A DNA stretch of 64,000 nt from Patescibacteria group bacterium (lineage in GTDB: Bacteria > Patescibacteriota > Minisyncoccia > Phycocordibacterales > UBA918). The stretch spans positions 108,591 through 172,590 of the forward strand of contig JAZKFU010000008.1 of the NCBI GenBank assembly GCA_040386275.1. Direction: 5' to 3'. The position numbers were made by a program, and so were the translations under genes. Positions within the stretch are counted from its first letter, which is position 1. Every line of letters begins with the position of its first letter. Below the pieces are notes generated by a model, which was not told where the DNA came from, did no database searches, and saw only the letters and a program-made list of their open reading frames with translations. Positions 47,796 through 57,399 of this stretch are shown piece after piece.

Positions 47796-48281
47796 TTAAT
47801 TTAAATATAAAAAGACCATCGGGAGGATGAGCCACCAGAAGAACCATTCTTTGGGGGCGAATAAGGAGGCTATGGGGGTGCCGGGGGTTACGAATTCGGT
47901 TACAGGCAATACGTGGAAGCTGTAAATCATGATGAGAATGGTGGCGGCGAGCACCAAGAGGATTTTCTTGAAGAGGGTTTCGAAGCGTTTTTCGCGGTAG
48001 GCGTCGGGCATTACCCGAGCGACGAGGATGGTGGCAATTGTGGTGAAGATAGTAAAGATGATTACTTTGCCGATGGCGACGGTTTGTTCGCTTGCGCCGT
48101 TCGGAAGAAACGACTCGTAGTATGGAAACTCGAGCGAAATGAGTAACGCTAAATATAAACCAAAAATGAGATTGACGATTGATTGTCTCCCCCGCACCAA
48201 CACCCAGACTAAAAAGAAACCAAAGACTGCAAGGAGAAATACCAGTTCTTGGAAAATACTGAGGAAATACGTCGTGTCCAT
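47796..48281 (-). CDS. hypothetical integral membrane protein
   Basis: 161 aa, about 5 TM helices. Confidence 0.4.
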   Translation of the reverse strand: MDTTYFLSIFQELVFLLAVFGFFLVWVLVRGRQSIVNLIFGLYLALLISLEFPYYESFLPNGASEQTVAIGKVIIFTIFTTIATILVARVMPDAYREKRFETLFKKILLVLAATILIMIYSFHVLPVTEFVTPGTPIASLFAPKEWFFWWLILPMVFLYLN

Positions 48282-48419
48282 AGGTAACTATAGTATATGC
48301 CTTTATGACTGTCTCTATAGTCAGTATCCACTGTTACGGTTGGCGTGGTGTAATGGACCTCTATGAGGGGTTACTGTACTATTGAGGAAAATAAGTTCAT
48401 CAAGTGAAGGAGAGTAGTC

Positions 48420-48614
48420 ATGCGGAATATTATTCTGGTCTATGTACAACTGCTGGGATTCATTTTGCTTTTTGGATACTTTGTTCATTTGTATCTCAAG
48501 CTGTCCACTATTGAATTGGTGGTGGGCATGCTGGTGCTCTTTATGCTTTCAGTGCTCACGTTGTGGGAAATAATTCAATATCATCTTAAGAAAGACGAAA
48601 AACGGCACCCCTAG
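48420..48614 (+). CDS. hypothetical small membrane protein
   Basis: 64 aa, two hydrophobic helices. Confidence 0.3.
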   Translation: MRNIILVYVQLLGFILLFGYFVHLYLKLSTIELVVGMLVLFMLSVLTLWEIIQYHLKKDEKRHP

Positions 48615-48631
48615 GTGCCCTTTAATTTATA

Positions 48632-49696
48632 TTAGATACCTTCGGCTCGAAGTTCCTCAACGAGTTTTTTGGCTTTTTTGCTCAGTGCCTTTGGGTTTTG
48701 GATTTCAATTTTAATCATGAAGTCTCCACGACGAGTGCCTTCGATGGGCACTCCTTTGTTTTTTATGCGCAGGAGTTCGCCGTGGGTAATGCCAGCGGGG
48801 ATATTTACTGATACATCACCATCTAGGGTAACAATTTTGTACGTGGCTCCGAGGAGCGCGTCGGTTAGCTTAATTGGTTGTTCAGTGTAGAGCTTCGCTC
48901 CATCTCGTTTAATGGTGCTGTGTGGTTCTACCTGGACTTTGATATAGAGGTCCCCCGTTTGGCCTCCTTTAATGGCTTCACCCCGTCCGGTCATACGAAT
49001 GACTTCACCATTTTGAATACCAGCCGGGACTTTGATTTGAATCTCTTCTTGGGTACGGGCAACACCAGCGCCAGCACAGTTGGTGCAGCGTTCTTTTGGC
49101 ACTTTACCAGTACCGTGACAGGTCGCACATTCGCGTACCGTTGAGAAGCTACCCATGATAGTTTGACGGGCTTCATGAATCTTCCCTGCTCCGTTACAAG
49201 TGGCACAGGTACTCATGGCCGTTCCCTTTTTAGCGCCACTCCCTTCACAGACGGTACACTGGGCATTTTTGGTAATCAGTATTTTTCGGATTACACCAAA
49301 TATTGATTCCTCAAAGTTAAGGTTAATGTCAATAGAAATATCTCGTCCTCGAGCTTGGCCACGTCCGCCACCACCAAAGCCAAAGTTCTCAAAAATATCA
49401 TTGATATCAAATTCAAAGTTGGCTCCCCCACCCTGTTGGAAGTCAGCCCAGTTAAAGCCACCGAAACCAGCACCCGCTTGACCAGAACCGTTCATACTGT
49501 GGCCATAGGTGTCGTATTGAGCCTTTTTCTTTTCGTCTCCTAGAGTGGCGTAGGCTTCGGTAATTTCTTTGTATTTAGCCTCATCCCCGGTCTTTTTGTC
49601 GGGGTGGTACTGAGCAGATAGCTTACGAAACGCCTTTTTAACCTCGTCACGAGACGCTCCTTTTTGCAGGCCTAGAATTTGGTAGTAGTCTTTCAT
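48632..49696 (-). CDS. dnaJ: molecular chaperone DnaJ
   Basis: J-domain with HPD (YHPDK), G/F-rich region, four CxxCxGxG zinc-finger repeats. Confidence 0.9.
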   Translation of the reverse strand: MKDYYQILGLQKGASRDEVKKAFRKLSAQYHPDKKTGDEAKYKEITEAYATLGDEKKKAQYDTYGHSMNGSGQAGAGFGGFNWADFQQGGGANFEFDINDIFENFGFGGGGRGQARGRDISIDINLNFEESIFGVIRKILITKNAQCTVCEGSGAKKGTAMSTCATCNGAGKIHEARQTIMGSFSTVRECATCHGTGKVPKERCTNCAGAGVARTQEEIQIKVPAGIQNGEVIRMTGRGEAIKGGQTGDLYIKVQVEPHSTIKRDGAKLYTEQPIKLTDALLGATYKIVTLDGDVSVNIPAGITHGELLRIKNKGVPIEGTRRGDFMIKIEIQNPKALSKKAKKLVEELRAEGI

Positions 49697-49764
49697 AGAT
49701 ATTTTGTATTATGCCACAGACCGGTCAGATGTACAAAAGACCTGGTAATTCTATGGATACGTGA

Positions 49765-51666
49765 TTATTTTTGCTCTCTATCTCCCCCTTCTACATCCGC
49801 ATCACGTACGGTTCCCTCTTTGTTTTCGGTGTCTCCGGTTGGCTGTTGTGGAGTAGCGTCTGTGCCTTGAGCATTCATCGCTTCACCAATTTTCTGCATA
49901 GAGGTACTGAGTTCTTCAGTAGCACTTTTAATAGCCGCTACATCGTCGTTACCTTTGGCAGTAGTAAGAGCGGCGATTTTAGCAGTCACTTCATCTTTGA
50001 TTTCCGTTGAAACCTTGTCCCCGTGATCTTTGAGCGCTTTTTCAGCGGTGTACACCATTTGTTCAGCGAGGTTTCGGGTTTCAATTAATTCTTTCTTTTT
50101 TGCATCTTCACCGGCATGTTCTTCGGCATCTTTTTTCATACGTTCGATATCAGCTTCGGTAAGTCCTGAGGATGCTTCAATTTTAATTGATTGTTCCTTG
50201 CCGGTTGATTTGTCTTTTGCGGTTACTTTGAGGACGCCGTTACTATCAACATCAAACACGACTTCAATTTGTGGTACACCCCGCGGTGCTGGTGGAATAC
50301 CATCAAGCACAAACCGTCCGAGCGATTTGTTATCAGTGGCCATTGGGCGTTCACCTTGAGTAATATGAATCTCGGTTGAGGTTTGATTGTCTGAGGCAGT
50401 TGAGAATACCTGTTCTTTTTTGGTTGGGATGTGCGTGTTGCGTTCAATTAATTTTGTTGCTACCCCGCCCATGGTTTCGATACCAAGTGACAGTGGAATC
50501 ACGTCCACGAGGGTAATGTCTTGCACGTCACCTTGGAAGATACCCGCTTGAATTGCGGCACCAAGAGCTACTACTTCGTCGGGGTTAATTGATTTGTTTG
50601 GTTCTTTTCCAAAGAGGTCTTTTACCGCTTTAATAATCGCCGGCATGCGAGTTTGTCCTCCTACTAAAATCACTTCATCAATATCTGCAAGCTTGAGTCC
50701 GGATGCTTCCATTGCGCGCTTGGTAATCTCGATTGATTTATCAATAAATTCGCTCGCGAGTTCTTCGAGTTTGGCTCGGGAGAGTTTGATTGCTAAGTGC
50801 ACCGGTCCGTCAGAACCTTGGGAGATAAACGGAATGTTAATTTCAGTTTCGGCAGTGGTTGAAAGCTCAAGCTTAGCTTTTTCCGCGGCTTCATCGAGCC
50901 GTTGGAGTGCTAGTTTGTCTTTACTGAGGTCGATACCGTCACTGCCTTTAAAGGTGGCAATTAAGTGACGAATAATCGCTTGGTCAATGTCACGTCCTCC
51001 CATGTGAGCATCTCCGTCACTGGATTGTACTTCAATCACGTCATCCCCTACTTCGAGTACTGATACGTCAAACGTACCACCACCAAAGTCGTACACGACG
51101 ATTTTTTCATCCTTCTTTTTATTAAATCCGTACGCAAGAGCAGCGGCTGTTGGTTCGTTAATGATTCGTTTTACATCCAATCCCGCAATCTTTCCGGCGT
51201 CTTGAGTGGCCTTTCGTTGTGAGTCGTTAAAGTACGCTGGTACAGTAATAACTGCTTCAGTAATTTTTTCACCTGTTTTGGTTTCGGCATCGGCTTTGAG
51301 TTTCGAGAGAATCATCGCTGACACTTCTTCGGGTCGGTACTCTTTACCGTCCATCACGACGACTGCTCCCCCATCGGCACCTTTTTTGATTTCGTACGGG
51401 ACGATGTTTTTGTCTTTCTGCACTACCTCTTCATCGTAGTTGTGACCCATGAACCGCTTGATACCATAGATGGTGTTGGTAGGATTCGTTACCGCTTGTC
51501 GTTTGGCTATTTGTCCGACGAGACGTTCTCCTGTTTTAGAAATAGCCACCACTGATGGAGTGGTTCGAACGCCTTCGATGTTTTCAATAATAGTTGGTTC
51601 ACCTGCTTCAATGATCGCCATGGCGGAGTTTGTAGTTCCAAGATCAATTCCTAAAATTTTAGCCAT
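49765..51666 (-). CDS. dnaK: molecular chaperone DnaK (Hsp70)
   Basis: [18 protein letters not shown] and other Hsp70 signatures; 633 aa. Confidence 0.95.
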   Translation of the reverse strand: MAKILGIDLGTTNSAMAIIEAGEPTIIENIEGVRTTPSVVAISKTGERLVGQIAKRQAVTNPTNTIYGIKRFMGHNYDEEVVQKDKNIVPYEIKKGADGGAVVVMDGKEYRPEEVSAMILSKLKADAETKTGEKITEAVITVPAYFNDSQRKATQDAGKIAGLDVKRIINEPTAAALAYGFNKKKDEKIVVYDFGGGTFDVSVLEVGDDVIEVQSSDGDAHMGGRDIDQAIIRHLIATFKGSDGIDLSKDKLALQRLDEAAEKAKLELSTTAETEINIPFISQGSDGPVHLAIKLSRAKLEELASEFIDKSIEITKRAMEASGLKLADIDEVILVGGQTRMPAIIKAVKDLFGKEPNKSINPDEVVALGAAIQAGIFQGDVQDITLVDVIPLSLGIETMGGVATKLIERNTHIPTKKEQVFSTASDNQTSTEIHITQGERPMATDNKSLGRFVLDGIPPAPRGVPQIEVVFDVDSNGVLKVTAKDKSTGKEQSIKIEASSGLTEADIERMKKDAEEHAGEDAKKKELIETRNLAEQMVYTAEKALKDHGDKVSTEIKDEVTAKIAALTTAKGNDDVAAIKSATEELSTSMQKIGEAMNAQGTDATPQQPTGDTENKEGTVRDADVEGGDREQK

Positions 51667-51696
51667 ACTGTATATGAGTTATAGTGTTCAATTAAA

Positions 51697-52302
51697 TTAT
51701 TCAATAGTTCCTACCGTTACTCGTGCTGGTCGAATTAATTCTGTCTTTTCGCCCTGTTTTAATTCGTATCCCTGTTGAATGATGTTAATGATGCGGTTGT
51801 TTTGTTCAGCGTCCGTTACGGGAACCATACTGAGGGCTTCATGACGAGTCGGGTCAAAGAGTTCTCCGACAGGATTAAAGGCAACCACGTGATACGCATC
51901 CATTACACTTTTTAATTGCGCATACGTGCCTTCAATACCGCGCCGCCACTTTTGGTCACTTTCATCCATCGCTTTTACGTCTTGCATAGCGAGGAAAAAG
52001 CTATCGCACACAGGTAAGAGCTTTTCTATATGTTTAATAACACTACGTTCTTTATCACGGGCTCTATCTTCCTCGAGTCGTTTTCGGGCATTGAGGAAGT
52101 CAGCTTTCGTTCGTTGCAACTCTTCAAGTAACTCCCTATTCTTTTCTTCAGCCTCTTTCAGTTTTGTTTTTAAAGTTTTTAATTTGTTTTCTTCGTTCTG
52201 TTCAATGTCGGAAAGTTCAGGGTCTGGCATTTCAGAATGGTCAGTATCAGTGGTGATTTCAAGCCCTTCGTCTCCTTCGTGTTTGTCTTTTTTGTTCACC
52301 AT
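51697..52302 (-). CDS. grpE: nucleotide exchange factor GrpE
   Basis: Coiled-coil N-terminus and a C-terminal GrpE-like region (MVPVTDAEQNNRIINIIQQGYEL, VGTIE); directly upstream of dnaK. Confidence 0.8.
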   Translation of the reverse strand: MVNKKDKHEGDEGLEITTDTDHSEMPDPELSDIEQNEENKLKTLKTKLKEAEEKNRELLEELQRTKADFLNARKRLEEDRARDKERSVIKHIEKLLPVCDSFFLAMQDVKAMDESDQKWRRGIEGTYAQLKSVMDAYHVVAFNPVGELFDPTRHEALSMVPVTDAEQNNRIINIIQQGYELKQGEKTELIRPARVTVGTIE

Positions 52303-52389
52303 GTCAGCATTATAACGCGGAAAAAGAGGAGTGTCAAAAACAAGAAAGCCACCATAGAAATGCGCAGGTGGCTTTCGTTGGTGGCAAAT

Positions 52390-52641
52390 TTATTCGTCGA
52401 TCATACACCACATTTTCACTCGGGCTTCGTTTGATGATCCAGATTTAACCCCGCTTAACACTTTACCAGTGGAGTCGATATACTGCCAGTTAGTACCGGC
52501 TGGCACAGAGGTTACATTTTCTTCAAATTCTCCAATCACAGTGTATAAACGATTGGGCTCCCAATTTATTCCGATGATTACACCTACAGGTGCATCTTCA
52601 TGAATGGTTTCACCGATCTCGTAGGGACCGAACTGCTTCAT
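52390..52641 (-). CDS. hypothetical small protein
   Basis: 83 aa; perfect hairpin terminator GAAAGCCACC...GGTGGCTTTC downstream. Confidence 0.35.
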   Translation of the reverse strand: MKQFGPYEIGETIHEDAPVGVIIGINWEPNRLYTVIGEFEENVTSVPAGTNWQYIDSTGKVLSGVKSGSSNEARVKMWCMIDE

Positions 52642-52828
52642 TTTACGTCTCCATACAGTCTTAATCTGCTTTAAACTATACCATAATTTTCTGACAAGAC
52701 AACAAAAAACTCCCTAAGTAGTTTTTTGTTGTCTAGCGCTTCGATTAGGAAACGATATATTTTGAGTGGCAATTTTTGTGAATGTGCGTTAGGCTAGTGT
52801 CTGTCGTTCTTCAAGGAGAAGCTAAAAG

Positions 52829-53212
52829 ATGCAAAGAACTTCCGCTGCGCAGATCCGGAATGCCTACAAAAACTGTGGTGGTGTTCCGAGAATTTTATTG
52901 ACGGATACGCACGGATTCTTGAATATCGAGACCAAGGCTGAATTTCTCAGCACGCTGTGTGGCATATTTAAAGTCAAAGCCGCTGACTTCGAAACAGTTG
53001 AGGATGTCAGGCAATTACTGTCTGAGGTAACCATTTTATGTCACCGGTACAACACCGTTATACAGCGAAATCTTCGAGAAACTTCGCTTGTGGTCTATGA
53101 CGGGTTACCGTTAGTGCGCGACTCGTATCGCATTGAATCAATCACCAATGATTTTTTGGTACAGCTCTCAAACCGGATTATCGTCCACCCCATGTGGATG
53201 CGCCGGAAATGA
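52829..53212 (+). CDS. hypothetical protein
   Basis: 127 aa; hairpin GGCAGGGCCCC...CCCCGCC plus T-run downstream. Confidence 0.35.
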   Translation: MQRTSAAQIRNAYKNCGGVPRILLTDTHGFLNIETKAEFLSTLCGIFKVKAADFETVEDVRQLLSEVTILCHRYNTVIQRNLRETSLVVYDGLPLVRDSYRIESITNDFLVQLSNRIIVHPMWMRRK

Positions 53213-53273
53213 GCATAAATGGCAGGGCCCCAAACCCCGCCATTTTTTTATATTGAAATACAAAATGATTACT

Positions 53274-53396
53274 CAAAACGATAGAAATAGGATGCAGTGC
53301 GCGGCGCGCAAGAAAAAAGACTCGACCGGGACAACAGTCCAGGGAGAGTCTTTTTTCGTAGCGCAACAAAGCAATGCGCCTATTTCTATCGTTTTG
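53274..53396. repeat. nested inverted-repeat element: 18-bp perfect terminal inverted repeat enclosing a bidirectional terminator hairpin; overlaps the 3' end of rpsI
   Basis: CAAAACGATAGAAATAGG (53274-53291) vs CCTATTTCTATCGTTTTG (53379-53396); inner AAAAAAGACTC...GAGTCTTTTTT with a further CCGGGAC/GTCCAGG stem. Confidence 0.5.
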
Positions 53397-53796
53397 ACCA
53401 GGCCGGTCGCTTTCGAGCTTTTAGAAGTCCAAACTTCTTTCGTTCTACTGAACGAGGATCTCGCTTGAGGAATCCGGCTTTCTTGAGTTGGATTCGTCGC
53501 GCTTCTTTTTCTTTTACCAATGCGCGAGCAATACCGAGACGGATAGCTTCGGCTTGTGAGGATGTTCCTCCGCCTAACACTTTGGCAGTAATAGTGTAGT
53601 GTTCGATGCCAGCATCAGGAGTATCAAGGACTGACTGAACATCTTTGTGTAATGAAAGGTGTGGGAAGTACGCAGTAAGATCTTTATCATTAACCATGAT
53701 AGTTGTCTTGTCTGCTGGGGTAAGGCGTACACGAGCGGTAGAAGTCTTTCGACGACCAATGGCTTCAATGTAGCGTTCTGATGTTTTAGTAGCCAT
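53386..53796 (-). CDS. rpsI: 30S ribosomal protein S9
   Basis: YIEAIGRRKTSTARV ... C-terminal RKKFGLLKARKRPAWSKR. Confidence 0.9.
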   Translation of the reverse strand: MATKTSERYIEAIGRRKTSTARVRLTPADKTTIMVNDKDLTAYFPHLSLHKDVQSVLDTPDAGIEHYTITAKVLGGGTSSQAEAIRLGIARALVKEKEARRIQLKKAGFLKRDPRSVERKKFGLLKARKRPAWSKR

Positions 53797-53797
53797 A

Positions 53798-54160
53798 TTA
53801 TTCTGTAATTACCAAGTTTTTAAGCATTGGTTTTTTGAGCTTGGTATTTGCAAGCATCCCACCAATAGTTCGTTCTAGTACCACTTTGTAACCAAGACGG
53901 TTACCAAGGTGATCAAGTGTTTCTGTCTTGCGACCACCTGGGTACCCAGAATATGACTGGTAAATTTCAGTTTTCTTCTTTTCAGGAATGTCCATCTTAC
54001 TAACATTCTTGATTTCTACAGTCACCGGCGCAACTAAGTTTTTCACAAAGTCAGGCTGGTCTTTCCCGAGGAGTACTCGAGCCGCTTCTGTCGCAACAAT
54101 GCCGAGCCGTTTACCGGCTGCGTCAATTGTGTGAACGCGGTTTTCTGGTAGTGTCTTCAT
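53798..54160 (-). CDS. rplM: 50S ribosomal protein L13
   Basis: MKTLPENRVHTIDAAGKRLGIVATEAARVLLGK is a typical L13 N-terminus; start at the internal Met to avoid overlap with rplQ. Confidence 0.85.
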   Translation of the reverse strand: MKTLPENRVHTIDAAGKRLGIVATEAARVLLGKDQPDFVKNLVAPVTVEIKNVSKMDIPEKKKTEIYQSYSGYPGGRKTETLDHLGNRLGYKVVLERTIGGMLANTKLKKPMLKNLVITE

Positions 54161-54164
54161 AAAA

Positions 54165-54521
54165 TTATTCAACAAATTCAATTACAGCTTCATCTCGTCC
54201 AGCTGGTGTTCGTCCTACTTTAATAATACGTGTGTATCCACCGTTTCGAGTCGCAAACTTTGGTGCGATTTCTTCGAACATTTTTGAAATCACTTTAGCA
54301 GCTGGTTCACCCAAGCGACTCGCAACAATGCGACGAGCAGCTACAGTGTTCTTTTTGCCGTGTGATACCAAACGTTCTACAAACGGACGGAGTTCTTTAG
54401 CTTTTGCTTCAGTAGTCTTGATCTTGCCGTCACGAATAAGTGAGACTGCAAGTCCGCGTACGAGAGCGGTTCGCTGTGAGCGAACACGTCCAAATTTTCT
54501 GTTTTTATTACCGTGTACCAT
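54165..54521 (-). CDS. rplQ: 50S ribosomal protein L17
   Basis: MVHGNKNRKFGRVRSQRTALVRGLAVSLI is a typical L17 N-terminus. Confidence 0.9.
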   Translation of the reverse strand: MVHGNKNRKFGRVRSQRTALVRGLAVSLIRDGKIKTTEAKAKELRPFVERLVSHGKKNTVAARRIVASRLGEPAAKVISKMFEEIAPKFATRNGGYTRIIKVGRTPAGRDEAVIEFVE

Positions 54522-54531
54522 ATATTTATTG

Positions 54532-55488
54532 TTATTCGCCTAGGGTGAGACCCATAGTAGAGAGTAACGCGACAATTTCTTCTACGCCTTTAGGACCAAT
54601 ACCGTCGAGCGCAAGGATATCATCTTTTGACTTTCGCACAAGCCCCCCAATCGTTCGGATTGATGCTGTTTCAAGCGCAGCGAGGGTGCGAGTAGTGAGT
54701 TCAAGAGTTTCAATTCGAGTCTTTAGCACTTCAGTATCAAGAGCTGTTGTTTCAGTCGCAACTGGAGTTTCAACTGCTTGAGGTACATTGTTTTGTTCCT
54801 GGAAGCCGATCACCGCTTTAAGTTGGTGAATCATGATCTCGATTGAGTTCTCAAGCGCCTGTCGTGGTGTGATTGTTCCATCAGTTTCGATTGAAAGACG
54901 GAGACGGTTGTAATCTGTTCGGTCACCCACACGCATGTTTTCTACTTCGTAGTTTGCACGACGGATTGGCGTAAATACGGCATCAAGGGCAATCGTACCA
55001 ATTTCAACTTTATCCTTTTGGTGGATTTCGCGCGGAACGTAGCCAAGACCTCGTTCAATGGTGATTGCCATATCAAGGACTGATGACTTGGCAGTAAGTT
55101 CAACAATGTGTTGTTTTGGGTTAAGAATTTCTACTTGTGAAGGACACGTAATGTCAGAAGCGGTGACAATGCCTGCACCTGATTTTTTGAGGTGGATAGT
55201 CATTGGTTCGTCACCGTGTAGTTGAAAGCGAACTCGTTTGAGATTAAGGAGTAATGTAATTACATCCTCATTCATACCAGCGAGGGTTGAAAACTCGTGT
55301 TGAACACCTTCGATTTTTACTTGCGTTACGGTTGCTCCCGGAAGTGACGCGAGAATGATGCGGCGCAATGAGTTACCAAGTGTGTGACCGTAGCCAGGGA
55401 AAAGACCATCGATTTCGTATACTCCGTGGAATTCTTCTTCAGATACAACGCGTGGCTTTGACGGTAGTGTTACATTAGTTTCTAACAT
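54532..55488 (-). CDS. rpoA: DNA-directed RNA polymerase subunit alpha
   Basis: N-terminal dimerisation domain (GHTLGNSLRRIILASLPG) and C-terminal alpha-CTD HhH. Confidence 0.9.
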   Translation of the reverse strand: MLETNVTLPSKPRVVSEEEFHGVYEIDGLFPGYGHTLGNSLRRIILASLPGATVTQVKIEGVQHEFSTLAGMNEDVITLLLNLKRVRFQLHGDEPMTIHLKKSGAGIVTASDITCPSQVEILNPKQHIVELTAKSSVLDMAITIERGLGYVPREIHQKDKVEIGTIALDAVFTPIRRANYEVENMRVGDRTDYNRLRLSIETDGTITPRQALENSIEIMIHQLKAVIGFQEQNNVPQAVETPVATETTALDTEVLKTRIETLELTTRTLAALETASIRTIGGLVRKSKDDILALDGIGPKGVEEIVALLSTMGLTLGE

Positions 55489-55527
55489 ACTGTGTGAATA
55501 TTATTTTAATAAAACCGCGGTTAATAC

Positions 55528-56133
55528 CTATCGACTGTAGTACTCAAGCACTTGTTCAGGGTCAAACATAAAGTCAGTCATCTGGTAGGTTGGTTGACTC
55601 TTAACGGTACCACTCATAGTCTTTACATCAAATGAAAGCCAGGTAGGTACACTGGTAGCTTCGTGAGTGTCAGCAAGGAGTGTGAAAAGACCAGTAGCCT
55701 TACTTCCCTCTCGGACAGTAATAACATCTTCAGCTGATACTTTGTGTGATGGAATATCAAGACGACGACCATTCACATAAATGTGACCATGGTTCACCAT
55801 TTGTCGCGCAAAACGACGAGTTTTAGCAAGACCTAGACGATACACAACGTTATCAAGACGTGATTCAAGACGTTCAATCAAAAGGGCAATTGGTTGGTGA
55901 CTCTTGGTTGTTGCTTCAGCTACGTAGCGTGAAAGTTGTTTTTCACTGATACCATAGGTAAAACGCATCTTTTGCTTTTCGATAAGTTGCTTCTTGTAAT
56001 CACTCGCCATTCCGCCACGCTTTCGAACTCGACCTTGTTTAGCCTGTGAAAGAGCAAACTTTGCAGTTTGTGTCTTTTCGAAGATTGGTGCGCCAAGACG
56101 TTTGGCGATTTTGTATTTTGGACCGATTTTCAT
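55528..56133 (-). CDS. rpsD: 30S ribosomal protein S4
   Basis: MKIGPKYKIAKRLG N-terminus, S4 RNA-binding domain. Confidence 0.9.
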   Translation of the reverse strand: MKIGPKYKIAKRLGAPIFEKTQTAKFALSQAKQGRVRKRGGMASDYKKQLIEKQKMRFTYGISEKQLSRYVAEATTKSHQPIALLIERLESRLDNVVYRLGLAKTRRFARQMVNHGHIYVNGRRLDIPSHKVSAEDVITVREGSKATGLFTLLADTHEATSVPTWLSFDVKTMSGTVKSQPTYQMTDFMFDPEQVLEYYSR

Positions 56134-56144
56134 AATATAATAAA

Positions 56145-56576
56145 TTAGATACGTCGTGGCTTAGGTGGACGGGTACCGTTAAATGGAACCGGTGTCATAT
56201 CCACAATCTTGGTAATACCAATGCCTTTTCCAGAAAAAGCACGTAAGGCTGATTCGCGACCAGCACCAACGCCACGCACGACTACTTCTGCGTCTTTCAT
56301 ACCCATTTGCTGAGCTTTTTCACCGATGATTTCACCTACTTTCGCAGCGGCAAACGGTGTACTCTTGCGAGAACCTTTAAAACCAAGGGCTCCACTACTC
56401 GCACTCATAACAGCGTTACCTTTGGGATCACACAATGTGAGCAAGGTATTGTTAAAAGTTGCAAGGATGTTAAGGCGCCCCGCTGGCACTTTTCGTTTTG
56501 GAATACGATTCAAAGCGCGAGAGCTACCCGCGATGTCTGAACCTCCACTCTTCTTCATGATACGTTTCTTACCCAT
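56145..56576 (-). CDS. rpsK: 30S ribosomal protein S11
   Basis: ILATFNNTLLTLCDPKGNA...GSRKSTPFAAAKVG...C-terminal PPKPRRI. Confidence 0.9.
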   Translation of the reverse strand: MGKKRIMKKSGGSDIAGSSRALNRIPKRKVPAGRLNILATFNNTLLTLCDPKGNAVMSASSGALGFKGSRKSTPFAAAKVGEIIGEKAQQMGMKDAEVVVRGVGAGRESALRAFSGKGIGITKIVDMTPVPFNGTRPPKPRRI

Positions 56577-56606
56577 ATGTCGTTACGTTTATGATATTAA
56601 TAAATT

Positions 56607-56984
56607 TTAAGTCTTTTCGAGCTTACGACGTCCACTTCCCATCGTCTTCTTTGCACCCTTGAGTGTACGTGCATTAGTTTTAGTACGTTGACCACGTGTC
56701 GGTAGACGCTTGGCGTGACGTGAGCCTCGGTATGAAGAAATATCTTTGAGGCGTTTGATGTTAGCTGCAATTGATCGCTTTAGTTCTCCTTCGATAGTAA
56801 ACGCTTCAACACTTTCACGAACAGCATTTTCTTGTTCAGTTGAAAGAGTAGTTGGTTTAGCCGTTACATCAATTTTGTGACTTTCCAAAATGGTTTTTGC
56901 TCGCGCAAGACCAATACCATAGACAGCGGTGAGGCCGTAGGCTAATTGTTTATCGTCGGGAATGTTAATACCTGAAATACGCAT
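56607..56984 (-). CDS. rpsM: 30S ribosomal protein S13
   Basis: MRISGINIPDDKQLAYGLTAVYGIGLARAK is a typical S13 N-terminus. Confidence 0.9.
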   Translation of the reverse strand: MRISGINIPDDKQLAYGLTAVYGIGLARAKTILESHKIDVTAKPTTLSTEQENAVRESVEAFTIEGELKRSIAANIKRLKDISSYRGSRHAKRLPTRGQRTKTNARTLKGAKKTMGSGRRKLEKT

Positions 56985-56996
56985 AGTGATTGTAAA

Positions 56997-57113
56997 TTAA
57001 CCTTGACGCTGCTTATGGCGGGGTTTCTTTTTATTAATAACAAACACAACACCACGTCGTTTGACGATGATATCATCTGGACTCATTTTTTTAACTGAGG
57101 ATCGTACTTTCAT
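56997..57113 (-). CDS. rpmJ: 50S ribosomal protein L36 (missing from ORF track because it is short)
   Basis: Minus-strand translation [38 protein letters not shown], 38 aa, in the expected position between infA and rpsM. Confidence 0.85.
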   Translation of the reverse strand: MKVRSSVKKMSPDDIIVKRRGVVFVINKKKPRHKQRQG

Positions 57114-57123
57114 GGTGTGTTAT

Positions 57124-57351
57124 TTATAGTCGTTTACTAATTCGTGCTTTGCCGCCGTATGGGTCGATAATCATACCGACTTTATCGCCAACCAAGACTC
57201 TGATTCTAAAGCGTCGCATCTTGCCAGCAAGATAGGCAATTTTAGACTCGCCCGTGTCATCAATGATTACACGGAAAAGAGCATTTGGAAGAGCTTCTTC
57301 CACAACGCCATATGTTAACTCGTCTTTTGTCGATGATTCTTGCTGGTCCAT
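57124..57351 (-). CDS. infA: translation initiation factor IF-1
   Basis: GVVEEALPNALFRVIIDDTGESKIAYLAGKMRRFRIRVLVGDKV S1-like fold; start at internal Met (MDQQ). Confidence 0.85.
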   Translation of the reverse strand: MDQQESSTKDELTYGVVEEALPNALFRVIIDDTGESKIAYLAGKMRRFRIRVLVGDKVGMIIDPYGGKARISKRL

Positions 57352-57399
57352 TAGACGTGTGAGAGTGTAACAAATCAAATGAACTCCGTCAATACGTGG

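Noticed and set aside
52303-52400. Looked for a CIRCE/HrcA operator upstream of grpE-dnaK-dnaJ
   Set aside because: No TTAGCACTC-N9-GAGTGCTAA-like inverted repeat present; only an unrelated hairpin terminator
53133-53599. Track ORFs across the nested inverted-repeat region downstream of rpsI
   Set aside because: They run through palindromic terminator structures and have Arg-rich low-complexity translations; non-coding
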